DNA of 64,000 nucleotides from assembly GCA_964016885.1 (NCBI GenBank), contig OZ024740.1:421786001-421850000 (forward strand), in the 5' to 3' direction. The translations under genes and the position numbers were made by a program. The DNA comes from Eledone cirrhosa (taxonomy: Eukaryota). Below are positions 31,371 to 40,947 of this stretch, piece after piece. The notes under the pieces were generated by a model. That model was not told the DNA's origin. It ran no database searches and saw only the letters and a program-made list of their open reading frames with translations. Each line of letters starts with the position of its first letter. Positions within the stretch are counted from its first letter, which is position 1.

Positions 31371-31883
31371 CCCTTTAGCATTCACATTGAATTGTCAAAT
31401 GTCATGTTCATCTATTCGCATTATTTTCACTTAATTATACTCAAGAGGGTTATCAATTTTATTTGTTTGTAATTACTTTAATTTTCTATGTGCAGACTTG
31501 AAATTTTGTCAGTAGATGTTTAAATAACTATAATTTACAATTATATATTTTTACCTGATTTTTTTTGTTAAATTTGACTTTTATGGGCAGGTGAAATTAA
31601 TTAACAGGTGTAAAAGTAATAACTTTATGGATAAACACAAAAATTTAAACTTTATCTGTTAGATTTGTTGCAAAAAAATCCAATAATGACCTAGATGCTG
31701 ATTTCCATCAATTCTAGCAGTTTTCTGAACAGGTGAATTAATTAAAAATGCAGGTGTAATCAGTACACGGTTTTAGTCTTTCTCTACATTCCAGGCAAAT
31801 ATTTTCATTGAAAAAAATGTATAAAACCTTTTCACCGGTCAAAATAATATTGGCAATGTACTCTGTAAATGTACGGTGTAAAA

Positions 31884-32590
31884 TTACGTAATAGAAAGTT
31901 CCCAATATATAAGTTTATACACACTTTTAAATTTGTCTGACAATATTTCAATTAATGGTCGTACTTTGTACAGTGGGTCGTAATTTGATTCATTTCTACC
32001 AGGGGCATTTGAAGTATCAACCAGATGCAAATACTGGTTTAATTTAATGAATCTCGTTTTTGCCATAATACTAGATATATAAGGGTCACCAAACCTTATA
32101 TCAGTACTCCAATAATTCCACAGTCGTGGAAATTGTTTAATACCAAACATAATATTTATGGTAAAAAACGCTTTCATTTCGGCAGAATCTGTCGGACAAC
32201 ATAACAGATCGGGTTTTCCGATATTAGAAATTTGTTGTTGTGCATAGCGATTTGCCACAACTTCGAAGAAAGATTGTGGTAAAATTAAAAAATAATAATC
32301 CAGTGCTTTAGCATCGGGTGGTAATGTGTGTTGTGGTCCAATATTTTAGTAAAATCCGAAACATGTATCGATGTTGTTTCTTTCAACCACGTTGCTATTT
32401 TTTCAATGGTGTCAGTCAAATCTTCTCTTTCACTTTCAAAGTAACTATCATCATTATCAGATATATCAGAAATAAATATATCTGATTCGTTTGAAGATAA
32501 ATCACTGATATTATCTTCTGTTTCTTTTTGATCTCGAATGTCGTCGGACGTAAAACCTTCAAATTCGTTGTCGCTACTTTCGGAAGCCAT
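31884..32590 (-). pseudogene. piggyBac (PGBD4-like) transposase N-terminal remnant, frameshifted and truncated
   Basis: Acidic N-terminus MASESSDNEFEGF.. followed, in another frame, by EMKAFF..YWST..M..TRF..L.QYLHL....DPLYKVRPLI. It ends at LSIT*, where the first catalytic Asp (LSIDE motif) is expected. Confidence 0.88.
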
Positions 32591-32753
32591 GTTACACTTT
32601 CAACGTTAAAAACACGTGTTATCGCAAGTTCTTTCACTATACTAAGAGTTAATTTTCGCGCGTAAGGGCTTTATCTCGCAGTAATCTCGAATTGACGAGA
32701 TTTCGATGATGTCAATGTTTATTTTTAGAAGGAAATCTCCGTGTGGTATTAAA

Positions 32754-32820
32754 TGTCGGTTTTTGTCGGTTTGAATAAATGAAAGGGGACATAATCTTGT
32801 CGGTTTTTGTCGCTTTGAAT
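32754..32820. repeat. piggyBac subterminal direct repeats, probable transposase-binding sites
   Basis: TGTCGGTTTTTGTCG[G/C]TTTGAAT at 32754-32776 and 32798-32820; the second overlaps the TIR. The binding role is inferred. Confidence 0.75.
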
Positions 32821-32829
32821 GCTAAAGGG

Positions 32830-35800
32830 TTAAACCTACATAGAAAGGTGGATTAACTTAGATATGTGTGTCATATTAAACCTACATAGAAAGGTGAATT
32901 AACTTAGATATATGTGTCATATTAAACCTAAATAGAAAGGTGGATTAACATAGATATATGTGTCATATTAAACCTACATAGAAAGGTGAATTAACTTAGA
33001 TATGTGTCATATTAAACCTTCATGGAAAGGTGGATTAACATAGATATACGTGTCATATTAAACCTACATAGAAAGGTGAATTAACTTAGATATATGTGTC
33101 ATATTAAACCTACATAGAAAGGTGGATTAACATAGATATATGTGTCATATTAAACCTACATAGAAAGGTGGATTAACATAGATATATGTGTCATATTAAA
33201 CCTACATAGAAAGGTGAATTAACTTAGATATATGTGTCATATTAAACCTACATAGAAAGGTGAATTAACTTAGATATATGTGTCATATTAAACCTACATA
33301 GAAAGGTGGATTAACATAGATATATGTGTCATATTAAACCTACATAGAAAGGTGAATTAACTTAGATATATGTGTCATATTAAACCAACATAGAAAGGTG
33401 GATTAACATAGATATATGTGTCATATTAAACCTACATAGAAAGGTGAATTAACTTAGATATATGTGTCATATTAAACCTACATAGAAAGGTGGATTAATA
33501 TAGATATATGTGTCATATTAAACCTACATAGAAAGGTGGATTAACATAGATATATGTGTCATATTAAACCTACATAGAAAGGTGAATTAACTTAGATATA
33601 TGTGTCATATTAAACCTACATAGAAAGGTGGATTAACTTAGATATATGTGTCATATTAAACCTACATAGAAAGATGAATTAACTTAGATATATGTGTCAT
33701 ATTAAACCTACATAGAAAGGTGGATTAACTTAGATATGTGTGTCATATTAAACCTACATAGAAAGGTGAATTAACTTAGATATATGTGTCATATTAAACG
33801 TAAATAGAAAGGTGGATTACCATAGATATATGTGTCATATTAAACCTACATAGAAAGGTGAATTAACTTAGATATATGTGTCATATTAAACCTTCATGGA
33901 AAGGTGGATTAACATAGATATATGTGTCATATTAAACCTACATAGAAAGGTGGATCAACATAGATATATGTGTCATATTAAACCTACATAGAAAGGTGGA
34001 TTAACTTAGATATATGTGTCATATTAAACCAACATAGAAAGGTGGATTAACATAGATATACGTGTCATATTAAACCTACATAGAAAGGTGAATTAACTTA
34101 GATATATGTGTCATATTAAACCTACATAGAAAGGTGGATTAACATAGATATGTGTGTCATATTAAACCTACATAGAAAGGTGGATTAACATAGATATATG
34201 TGTCATATTAAACCTACATAGAAAGGTGAATTAACTTAGATATATGTGTCATATTAAACCTACATAGAAAGGTGGATTAACTTAGATATATGTGTCATAT
34301 TAAACCTACATAGAAAGATGAATGAACTTAGATATATGTGTCATATTAAACCTACATAGAAAGGTGAATTAACTTAGATATATGTGTCATATTAAACCTA
34401 CATAGAAAGGTGGATTAACTTAGATATGTGTGTCATATTAAACCTAAATAGAAGGGTGGATTAACATAGATATATGTGTCATATTAAACCTACATAGAAA
34501 GGCGAATTAACTTAGATATATGTGTCATATTAAACCTAAATAGAAAGGTGGATTAACTTGGATATGTGTCATATTAAACCTTCATGGAAAGGTGGATTAA
34601 CATAGATATATGTGTCATATTAAACCTACATAGAAAGGTGGAGTAACATAGATATATGTGTCATATTAAACCTACATAGAAAGGTGGATTAACATAGATA
34701 TGTGTGTCATATTAAACCTACATAGAAAGGTGAATTAACATAGATATATGTGTCATATTAAACCTACATAGAAAGGTGGATTAACATAGATATATGTGTC
34801 ATATTAAACCTACATAGAAAGGTGGATTAACATAGATATATGTGTCATATTAAACCTACATAGAAAGGTGAATTAACTCAGATATATGTGTCATATTAAA
34901 CCTACATAGAAAGGTGAATTAACTTAGATATATGTGTCATATTAAACCTACATAGAAAGGTGGATTAACTTAGATATGTGTGTCATATTAAACCTAAATT
35001 GAAAGGTGGATTAACATAGATATATGTGTCATATTAAACCTACATAGAAAGGTGAATTAACTTAGATATATGTGTCATATTAAACCTAAATAGAAAGGTG
35101 GATTAACATAGATATATGTGTCATATTAAACCTACATAGAAAGGTGAATTAACTTAGATATGTGTCATATTAAACCTTCATGGAAAGGTGGATTAACATA
35201 GATATATGTGTCATATTAAACCTACATAGAAAGGTGGATTAACATAGATATATGTGTCATATTAAACCTACATAGAAAGGTGGATTAACATAGATATATG
35301 TGTCATATTAAACCTACATAGAAAGGTGAATTAAGTTAGATATATGTGTCATATTAAACCAACATAGAAAGGTGGATTAACATAGATATACGTGTCATAT
35401 TAAACCTACATAGAAAGGTGAATTAACTTAGATATATGTGTCATATTAAACCTACATAGAAAGGTGGATTAACATAGATATATGTGTCATATTAAACCTA
35501 CATAGAAAGGTGGATTAACATAGATATATGTGTCATATTAAACCTACATAGAAAGGTGAATTAACTTAGATATATGTGTCATATTAAACCTACATAGAAA
35601 GGTGGATTAACTTAGATATATGTGTCATATTAAACCTACATAGAAAGATGAATTAACTTAGATATATGTGTCATATTAAACCTACATAGAAAGGTGAATT
35701 AACTTAGATATATGTGTCATATTAAACCTACATAGAAAGGTGGATTAACTTAGATATGTGTGTCATATTAAACCTACATAGAAAGGTGAATTAACTTAGA

Positions 35801-36311
35801 TATATGTGTCATATTAAACCTAAATAGAAAGGTGGATTAACATAGATATATGTGTCATATTAAACCTACATAGAAAGGTGGATTAACATAGATATATGTG
35901 TCATATTAAACCTACATAGAAAGGTGGAGTAACATAGATATATGTGTCATATTAAACCTACATAGAAAGGTGGATTAACATAGATATATGTGTCATATTA
36001 AACCTACATAGAAAGGTGAATTAACATAGATATATGTGTCATATTAAACCTACATAGAAAGGTGGATTAACTTAGATATATGTGTCATATTAAACCTACA
36101 TAGAAAGGTGGATTAACATAGATATACGTGTCATATTAAACCTACATAGAAAGGTGGATTAACTTAGATATATGTGTCATATTAAACCTACATAGAAAGG
36201 TGGATTAACATAGATATACGTGTCATATTAAACCTACATAGAAAGGTGGATTAACATAGATATATGTGTCATATTAAACCTACATAGAAAGGTGAATTAA
36301 CTTAGATATAT
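32830..36311. repeat. 46-bp satellite array, segment 4
   Basis: Tandem monomers, 3482 bp. Confidence 0.99.
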
Positions 36312-36706
36312 CATCATCATCATCATCATCAACGTTTAACGTCCGTGTTCCACGCTTGCATGGGTTTGGACGGGGGTAGTCCCACTTGAGGCAAGAGTGA
36401 TTGTCTTGCTCGCATAGGACTGTCTGGCAGGTTTTCTACAGTTGGATGCCCTTCCTAACACCAACCACATTTACAGTGTGGGTCTGGGAGGTTTTTACCG
36501 TGTTTCCTACACGGCCACATTACAGCGTGGACTGTGTTTTTTTGTCGTGACACCTACACAATCTTATTTGTTTCGGCCTCGATGGCGCGGCACCAACATA
36601 ACTTTACATAGAACGGGGTGGTGTGGATGAGGTGGGGGTGGTGGTGGTGGGACGGGGTGTATTTTGTTAGAGATGCCTACTGGCTGGAGTAGGTTTTACT
36701 ATATAT

Positions 36707-39682
36707 TTAGGTAAGGCGGGTCTTCTCTGTTACTGAGTACCGCCAAAGGTCTCGGTCCAGTGACATTGTCTTGGAGAGGTGTAAGTGTGTGATGTCGGAG
36801 TTTATCAGCTCGTCCCAGGTTTTTCTAGGTCTGCCTATTCCGTGACTACCGTCTATCTTTATTGCCCTGCACTTTGTTATACAGCTGTCGACTTTCATGC
36901 GCATCACGTGTCCATACCAACGTAGCCTTCTCTCGAGTAAACAACATCTGATCCCTCTTATCTCTAATTTTTTCCTTAGTTCGTTTATGCTTTGCCGTTC
37001 ACGTATATTACTGTTACACATCCAGCGGAGCATGCAAGCTTCGTTCCTCTCTAGTCTGCGTATATCCTCTGCACACAATGCCCAGGTCTCACTGCCATGC
37101 AGCATTGCTGTTCGTATGCAGGCATCGTATAACCTGCCTTTCATTTTTAGTGAGAACCCTTTAGCAGCTAATAGTGGTATAAGCTCTCTGAACTTTTTCC
37201 AACCAGTTCTGACTCTAGCTACAGTACTTTCAGAGCACCCTCCCCCACTGCTGATTTTATCGCCCAGGTAACGGAAGCTGTCCACTATTTCTATAGAACC
37301 CTCTGCGCAATTGAAAGAGCTAGTATTTTGTGGGCACTTGCTGCTACTTATTGCACCAGAGCACCGGCCACATGTAAAATCTATGTTCTTAGTTAGCTTA
37401 CCTGTGATCCCACTACATCTTTTATGCACCCATACTTTGCATTTAGGACATAAAATGGAGTTTCTATCTACGCCTTTCCTACACACCGAGCACGACCATT
37501 TCCCAGAAGGGACCGCCGCCTTGTTTTCTTTCCTACAAACTAGTACTTTGGTCTTAGCCAGGTTAATTTTAAGTCCTTTTGACTCTAGGCCGTGCTTCCA
37601 TGTTTGGAATTTCTTCTCTAGCTCGGCCATTGATTCCGCTATGAGTGTCAGGTCGTCTGCGTATAGGAGTTCCCATGGGCAGCCTGTCTTGAACTCCTCT
37701 GTTATAGCCTGAAGGGCAATAATAAATAGTAGTGGGCTGAGAACAGAGCCCTGATGGACGCCAACTTTTACGCTAAACTCTTCACTATATTCGTTGTTAA
37801 TTCTAACCTTGCTGACTGTTTCTTTATACATGGCTTGTATAGCCCTCACAAGCCATTCGTCAACGCCTAGTTTTCTAAGAGCCCACCAGATAATGGAGCG
37901 GGGGACTCTGTCGAAGGCTTTCTCCAAGTCGACAAAAGCTAAGTAGAGGGGCTTACCTTTAGCTAGGTACTTCTCCTGTAGTTGTCGTACTATGAAAAGA
38001 GCGTCTGTGGTACTTTTGCCTGACACAAACCCGAACTGCATTTCATCTAGGTCAATTCTCTCTCTGATTAGTTGCGCTATTACTTTTTCCGTGACCTTCA
38101 TGACCTGGTCGATTAATTTAATGCCTCTATAGTTACTCCTATCGAGGGCGTCTCCTTTACCCTTATAACAGTTAACGATGATGCTGCTATGCCAGTCCTT
38201 CGGAACAACCCCATTCTGTACGACTTGGTTAACTATGCGGGTGACCATGGTGTGTCCCACCGTGCCAGATGCCTTCAGCATCTCAGCAACTATTTCCGAA
38301 GGCCCAGCCGCCTTACCCGTCTTCATATCCTTGATTGCCTTACTTATTATACTCCCCTCGACTAACACTGCTGGTCCCTCTATTGGGTCGATATGGGGGA
38401 GACTGTCTTTCTCCCATTTATTCTCCTCATTTAGTAGCCTTTCATAGTGACACTTCCAAGCTACCTTCTTATCAGCGTCGGTGATGGCAAGTGTGCCATC
38501 GTCGTTTAGTACACACTTCTCCCCGACAATATCACGGTTTTCCTTGACGCATTGCCTAGCAATCCTGAACACTTCACGTTTTTGGTCATCGCGTTGTAGA
38601 ACATGCATGAACTTTCTTTCCTCAGCTTCCCTTCTTGCTAAGTACACTTGTCTCCTAGCTTCCCTCCTGGCCACTTGATAGTCCTCTCTACTTCCCCCAT
38701 CCCGCCATACTTTCCAAGCCTGCTTTTTGGCCTTAATTGACCCCTCCACCTTACTGTTCCACCACCATGTTACTCTCCTCCTGCCTACAGGCCTGCTCCA
38801 GCCACAGACTTCGTCTGTCGCCAACAGCAGGCTTGCTTTCAGAAATTCCCACTCTCCCTCTATATTGTCCGACTCTAAATGTTCTTCCTTACTGTCGAAA
38901 GCATCAAGTAATATGCTTTGAAATTTATTCCTGGCTGTGGGGTCCTTTAGCTTCCATATTTTTCTCCTGAGGATAGTCCTCTTCTGCTGTCGAGTACGTC
39001 TCGTCCTGACTATGAGGTCGCTAATTATCAGTCTATGTTGGGAGGTGCATTCTTCATGGGGGAGGGATTTAATGTTTACAACAGACACTCTGTCACGTCT
39101 TCTGGTAAGGATATAATCTACCTGGCTTGTGTGTTCCCCGGATCTATAGGTGATCAGGTGATTGTCACGTTTTTTGAAGTTAGTGTTACAGATAGTTAGG
39201 TTATTTGCATCACAGAATTCCAGGATTCTGGAGCCTTCCTCATTTCTAGTACCAAACCCATAGCCTCCATGGATTTCGTCGTAGCCGTCACAATGTTGTC
39301 CAACGTGACCATTTAGGTCGCCTGCGATAATTATATAGTCACTGTCGGATATTTGGGAGGTAGTTAGCATCAGTGTCTCATAGAATCTGTCTTTTATAGT
39401 GCCGGGCAGTCCGGATTGGGGTGCGTACGCAGATATTACTGTCACCGTAGTTCTATTGAGGACAAGTCGTATTTTAATTATTCTGTCGTTCACTCTATTT
39501 ACGTCTATTATCTTATCTGCCCACTTTTCTGCTACCATGATTCCTACTCCACCCAGCCCATCGTCGTTTCCCACCCAGAAAAGCTTATAACATCGTTTTT
39601 TACCCTCAATGAACCTAGCAGACCCGCCCCTCCACCTGGTCTCTTGAATACAACAAACATCGACCTCCTTACGTTCAAGCAT
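36707..39682 (-). CDS. RTE LINE APE endonuclease-reverse transcriptase with an internal PHD-type finger (991 aa from first ATG; frame open to 39790)
   Basis: APE motifs IQETRW, SAYAPQ, GDLNGHVG, QVDYIL, SQHRL. RT motifs NYRGIKL, QFGF, FVDLEKAFD, QGSVLSPLLF, YADD, YLG. RTE-type C-terminus RRLRWYGHV..GRPRKTW. No stops or frameshifts. Confidence 0.95.
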   Translation of the reverse strand: MLERKEVDVCCIQETRWRGGSARFIEGKKRCYKLFWVGNDDGLGGVGIMVAEKWADKIIDVNRVNDRIIKIRLVLNRTTVTVISAYAPQSGLPGTIKDRFYETLMLTTSQISDSDYIIIAGDLNGHVGQHCDGYDEIHGGYGFGTRNEEGSRILEFCDANNLTICNTNFKKRDNHLITYRSGEHTSQVDYILTRRRDRVSVVNIKSLPHEECTSQHRLIISDLIVRTRRTRQQKRTILRRKIWKLKDPTARNKFQSILLDAFDSKEEHLESDNIEGEWEFLKASLLLATDEVCGWSRPVGRRRVTWWWNSKVEGSIKAKKQAWKVWRDGGSREDYQVARREARRQVYLARREAEERKFMHVLQRDDQKREVFRIARQCVKENRDIVGEKCVLNDDGTLAITDADKKVAWKCHYERLLNEENKWEKDSLPHIDPIEGPAVLVEGSIISKAIKDMKTGKAAGPSEIVAEMLKASGTVGHTMVTRIVNQVVQNGVVPKDWHSSIIVNCYKGKGDALDRSNYRGIKLIDQVMKVTEKVIAQLIRERIDLDEMQFGFVSGKSTTDALFIVRQLQEKYLAKGKPLYLAFVDLEKAFDRVPRSIIWWALRKLGVDEWLVRAIQAMYKETVSKVRINNEYSEEFSVKVGVHQGSVLSPLLFIIALQAITEEFKTGCPWELLYADDLTLIAESMAELEKKFQTWKHGLESKGLKINLAKTKVLVCRKENKAAVPSGKWSCSVCRKGVDRNSILCPKCKVWVHKRCSGITGKLTKNIDFTCGRCSGAISSSKCPQNTSSFNCAEGSIEIVDSFRYLGDKISSGGGCSESTVARVRTGWKKFRELIPLLAAKGFSLKMKGRLYDACIRTAMLHGSETWALCAEDIRRLERNEACMLRWMCNSNIRERQSINELRKKLEIRGIRCCLLERRLRWYGHVMRMKVDSCITKCRAIKIDGSHGIGRPRKTWDELINSDITHLHLSKTMSLDRDLWRYSVTEKTRLT
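37361..37492 (-). other. C4HC3 (PHD-type) zinc finger within the RT region, aa 731-774
   Basis: CSVC-x10-CPKC-x4-H-x2-C-x14-CGRC, located between KINLAKTKVL and FRYLG. Also intact in T2, T3 and F2. Confidence 0.85.
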
Positions 39683-40079
39683 TTCTACAACCTCGTTAGC
39701 GCGACCCTTTAGGGTGCCTACATTTATGGTACCAACTCTGAAGTTTTGGATTGCGTTTGGGGGTTGGGGGCGGTGGGCGATGGGGTTATGTTAGCCGTCC
39801 GCGGTCGAAACAATGAGGAGTGCTCGCATTCTCGTCCAAGAGGTGAATTTGTCTTTATCTTTGGCATTGTCGCTGAGCGTCCAGATTTTTCTCTCTCTCT
39901 CCTCCACTCTCCAGGATTCCGCAGTCCATCCATCCATCATATTGAAAGGCAACCAGGCAAGCGATAGTATAGGCCTCTGGCTTCTGATTGGTCCGCGTAA
40001 TAATACTGGTGATGCGTGGGGGCTCTGTTTTATGATTGGTCCACGTAAAAGCAATGGTGGTGCGTGGGGGTGTTGGGTA

Positions 40080-40947
40080 GCTAGCTAGAAGGTAATGATT
40101 GAATGGGGTCCTTGCATTTAACAAGCGATTAACAAAAATACAAAATTTGTTCTGTTGAATACGACCAAAAACTTTCGTATTTAACAATTAATAGAAACAG
40201 AAAATGTAGTTTGTTTTAGCGATAGATTGGCTATTTGGACTTGATACGAAATATGGATTGTTTTGAAAATACGCTACAATTAGAATTAAAATACGCTAGA
40301 ATTAGGATTTGCTAGAATTAGAATTAAAATACGCTAGAATTAGGATTTGTGGAGGGAGAGAAATGAAATCTGTACATTACGTTACATGAATATCGTGGGG
40401 TCGAGACAGCAAGCAATGAAATTTGGCGAAGTGAATTCCTATCATATATATATATAGAGAGAGAGGGGGGGGGGGGGGCGCATGATGGTTGTGTGTGTTA
40501 GGCGTTTGACCACCCCATGCCTTCGAAGAAGGAAGAAGGAAAGGATTTTGTTTTTTTGTTTTGAAGATACGCTAGAATTAGGGATTGAGGTTTGAAAATA
40601 CGTTAGGAATTAAGGTTTGAAAATACGCTAGCTAGAAGGTAATGATTGAATGGGGTCCTTGCATTTAACAAGCGATTAACAAAAATACAAAATTTGTTCT
40701 GTTGAATACGACCAAAAACTTTCGTATTTAACAATTAATAGAAACAGAAAATGTAGTTTGTTTTAGCGATAGATTGGCTATTTGGACTTGATACGAAATA
40801 TGGATTGTTTTGAAAATACGCTAGAATTAGAATTAAAATACGCTAGAATTAGGATTTGCTAGAATTAGAATTAAAATACGCTAGAATTAGGATTTGTGGA
40901 AGGAGAGAAATGAAATCTGTACATTACGTTACATGAATATCGTGGGG
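40080..40947. repeat. 321-bp direct repeat pair in the 5' region of LINE F1
   Basis: 40080-40400 and 40627-40947 (offset 547), with two mismatches seen. Each contains AAAATACGCTAGAATTAG sub-repeats. Confidence 0.93.

Larger units (their letters stand above)
31371..32829 (-). mobile_element. Non-autonomous, internally deleted piggyBac DNA transposon, copy 1
   Basis: TTAA target duplication at 31367-31370 and 32830-32833. Perfect 14-bp TIRs CCCTTTAGCATTCA / TGAATGCTAAAGGG. Transposase remnant inside. Length 1459 bp. Confidence 0.96.
36312..40947 (-). mobile_element. Near-full-length RTE-clade LINE, copy F1
   Basis: (GAT)n 3' tail from 36312, ~375-bp 3'UTR, one long APE-RT ORF and a ~1.2-kb 5' region. 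Inserted in exact register within a monomer (..cttagatatat|element|gtgtcatatt..). Confidence 0.97.

Noticed and set aside
36442-39712. Plus-strand ORFs of 62-133 aa overlapping the LINE (and their equivalents in other copies)
   Set aside because: They are antisense shadows of the RT ORF or UTR with no recognisable motifs, and recur only because the element is duplicated.
40080-40947. LTRs or Penelope-type pseudo-LTRs
   Set aside because: Both repeats are on the same side of the ORF. There are no TG..CA ends, PBS, integrase or GIY-YIG domain.
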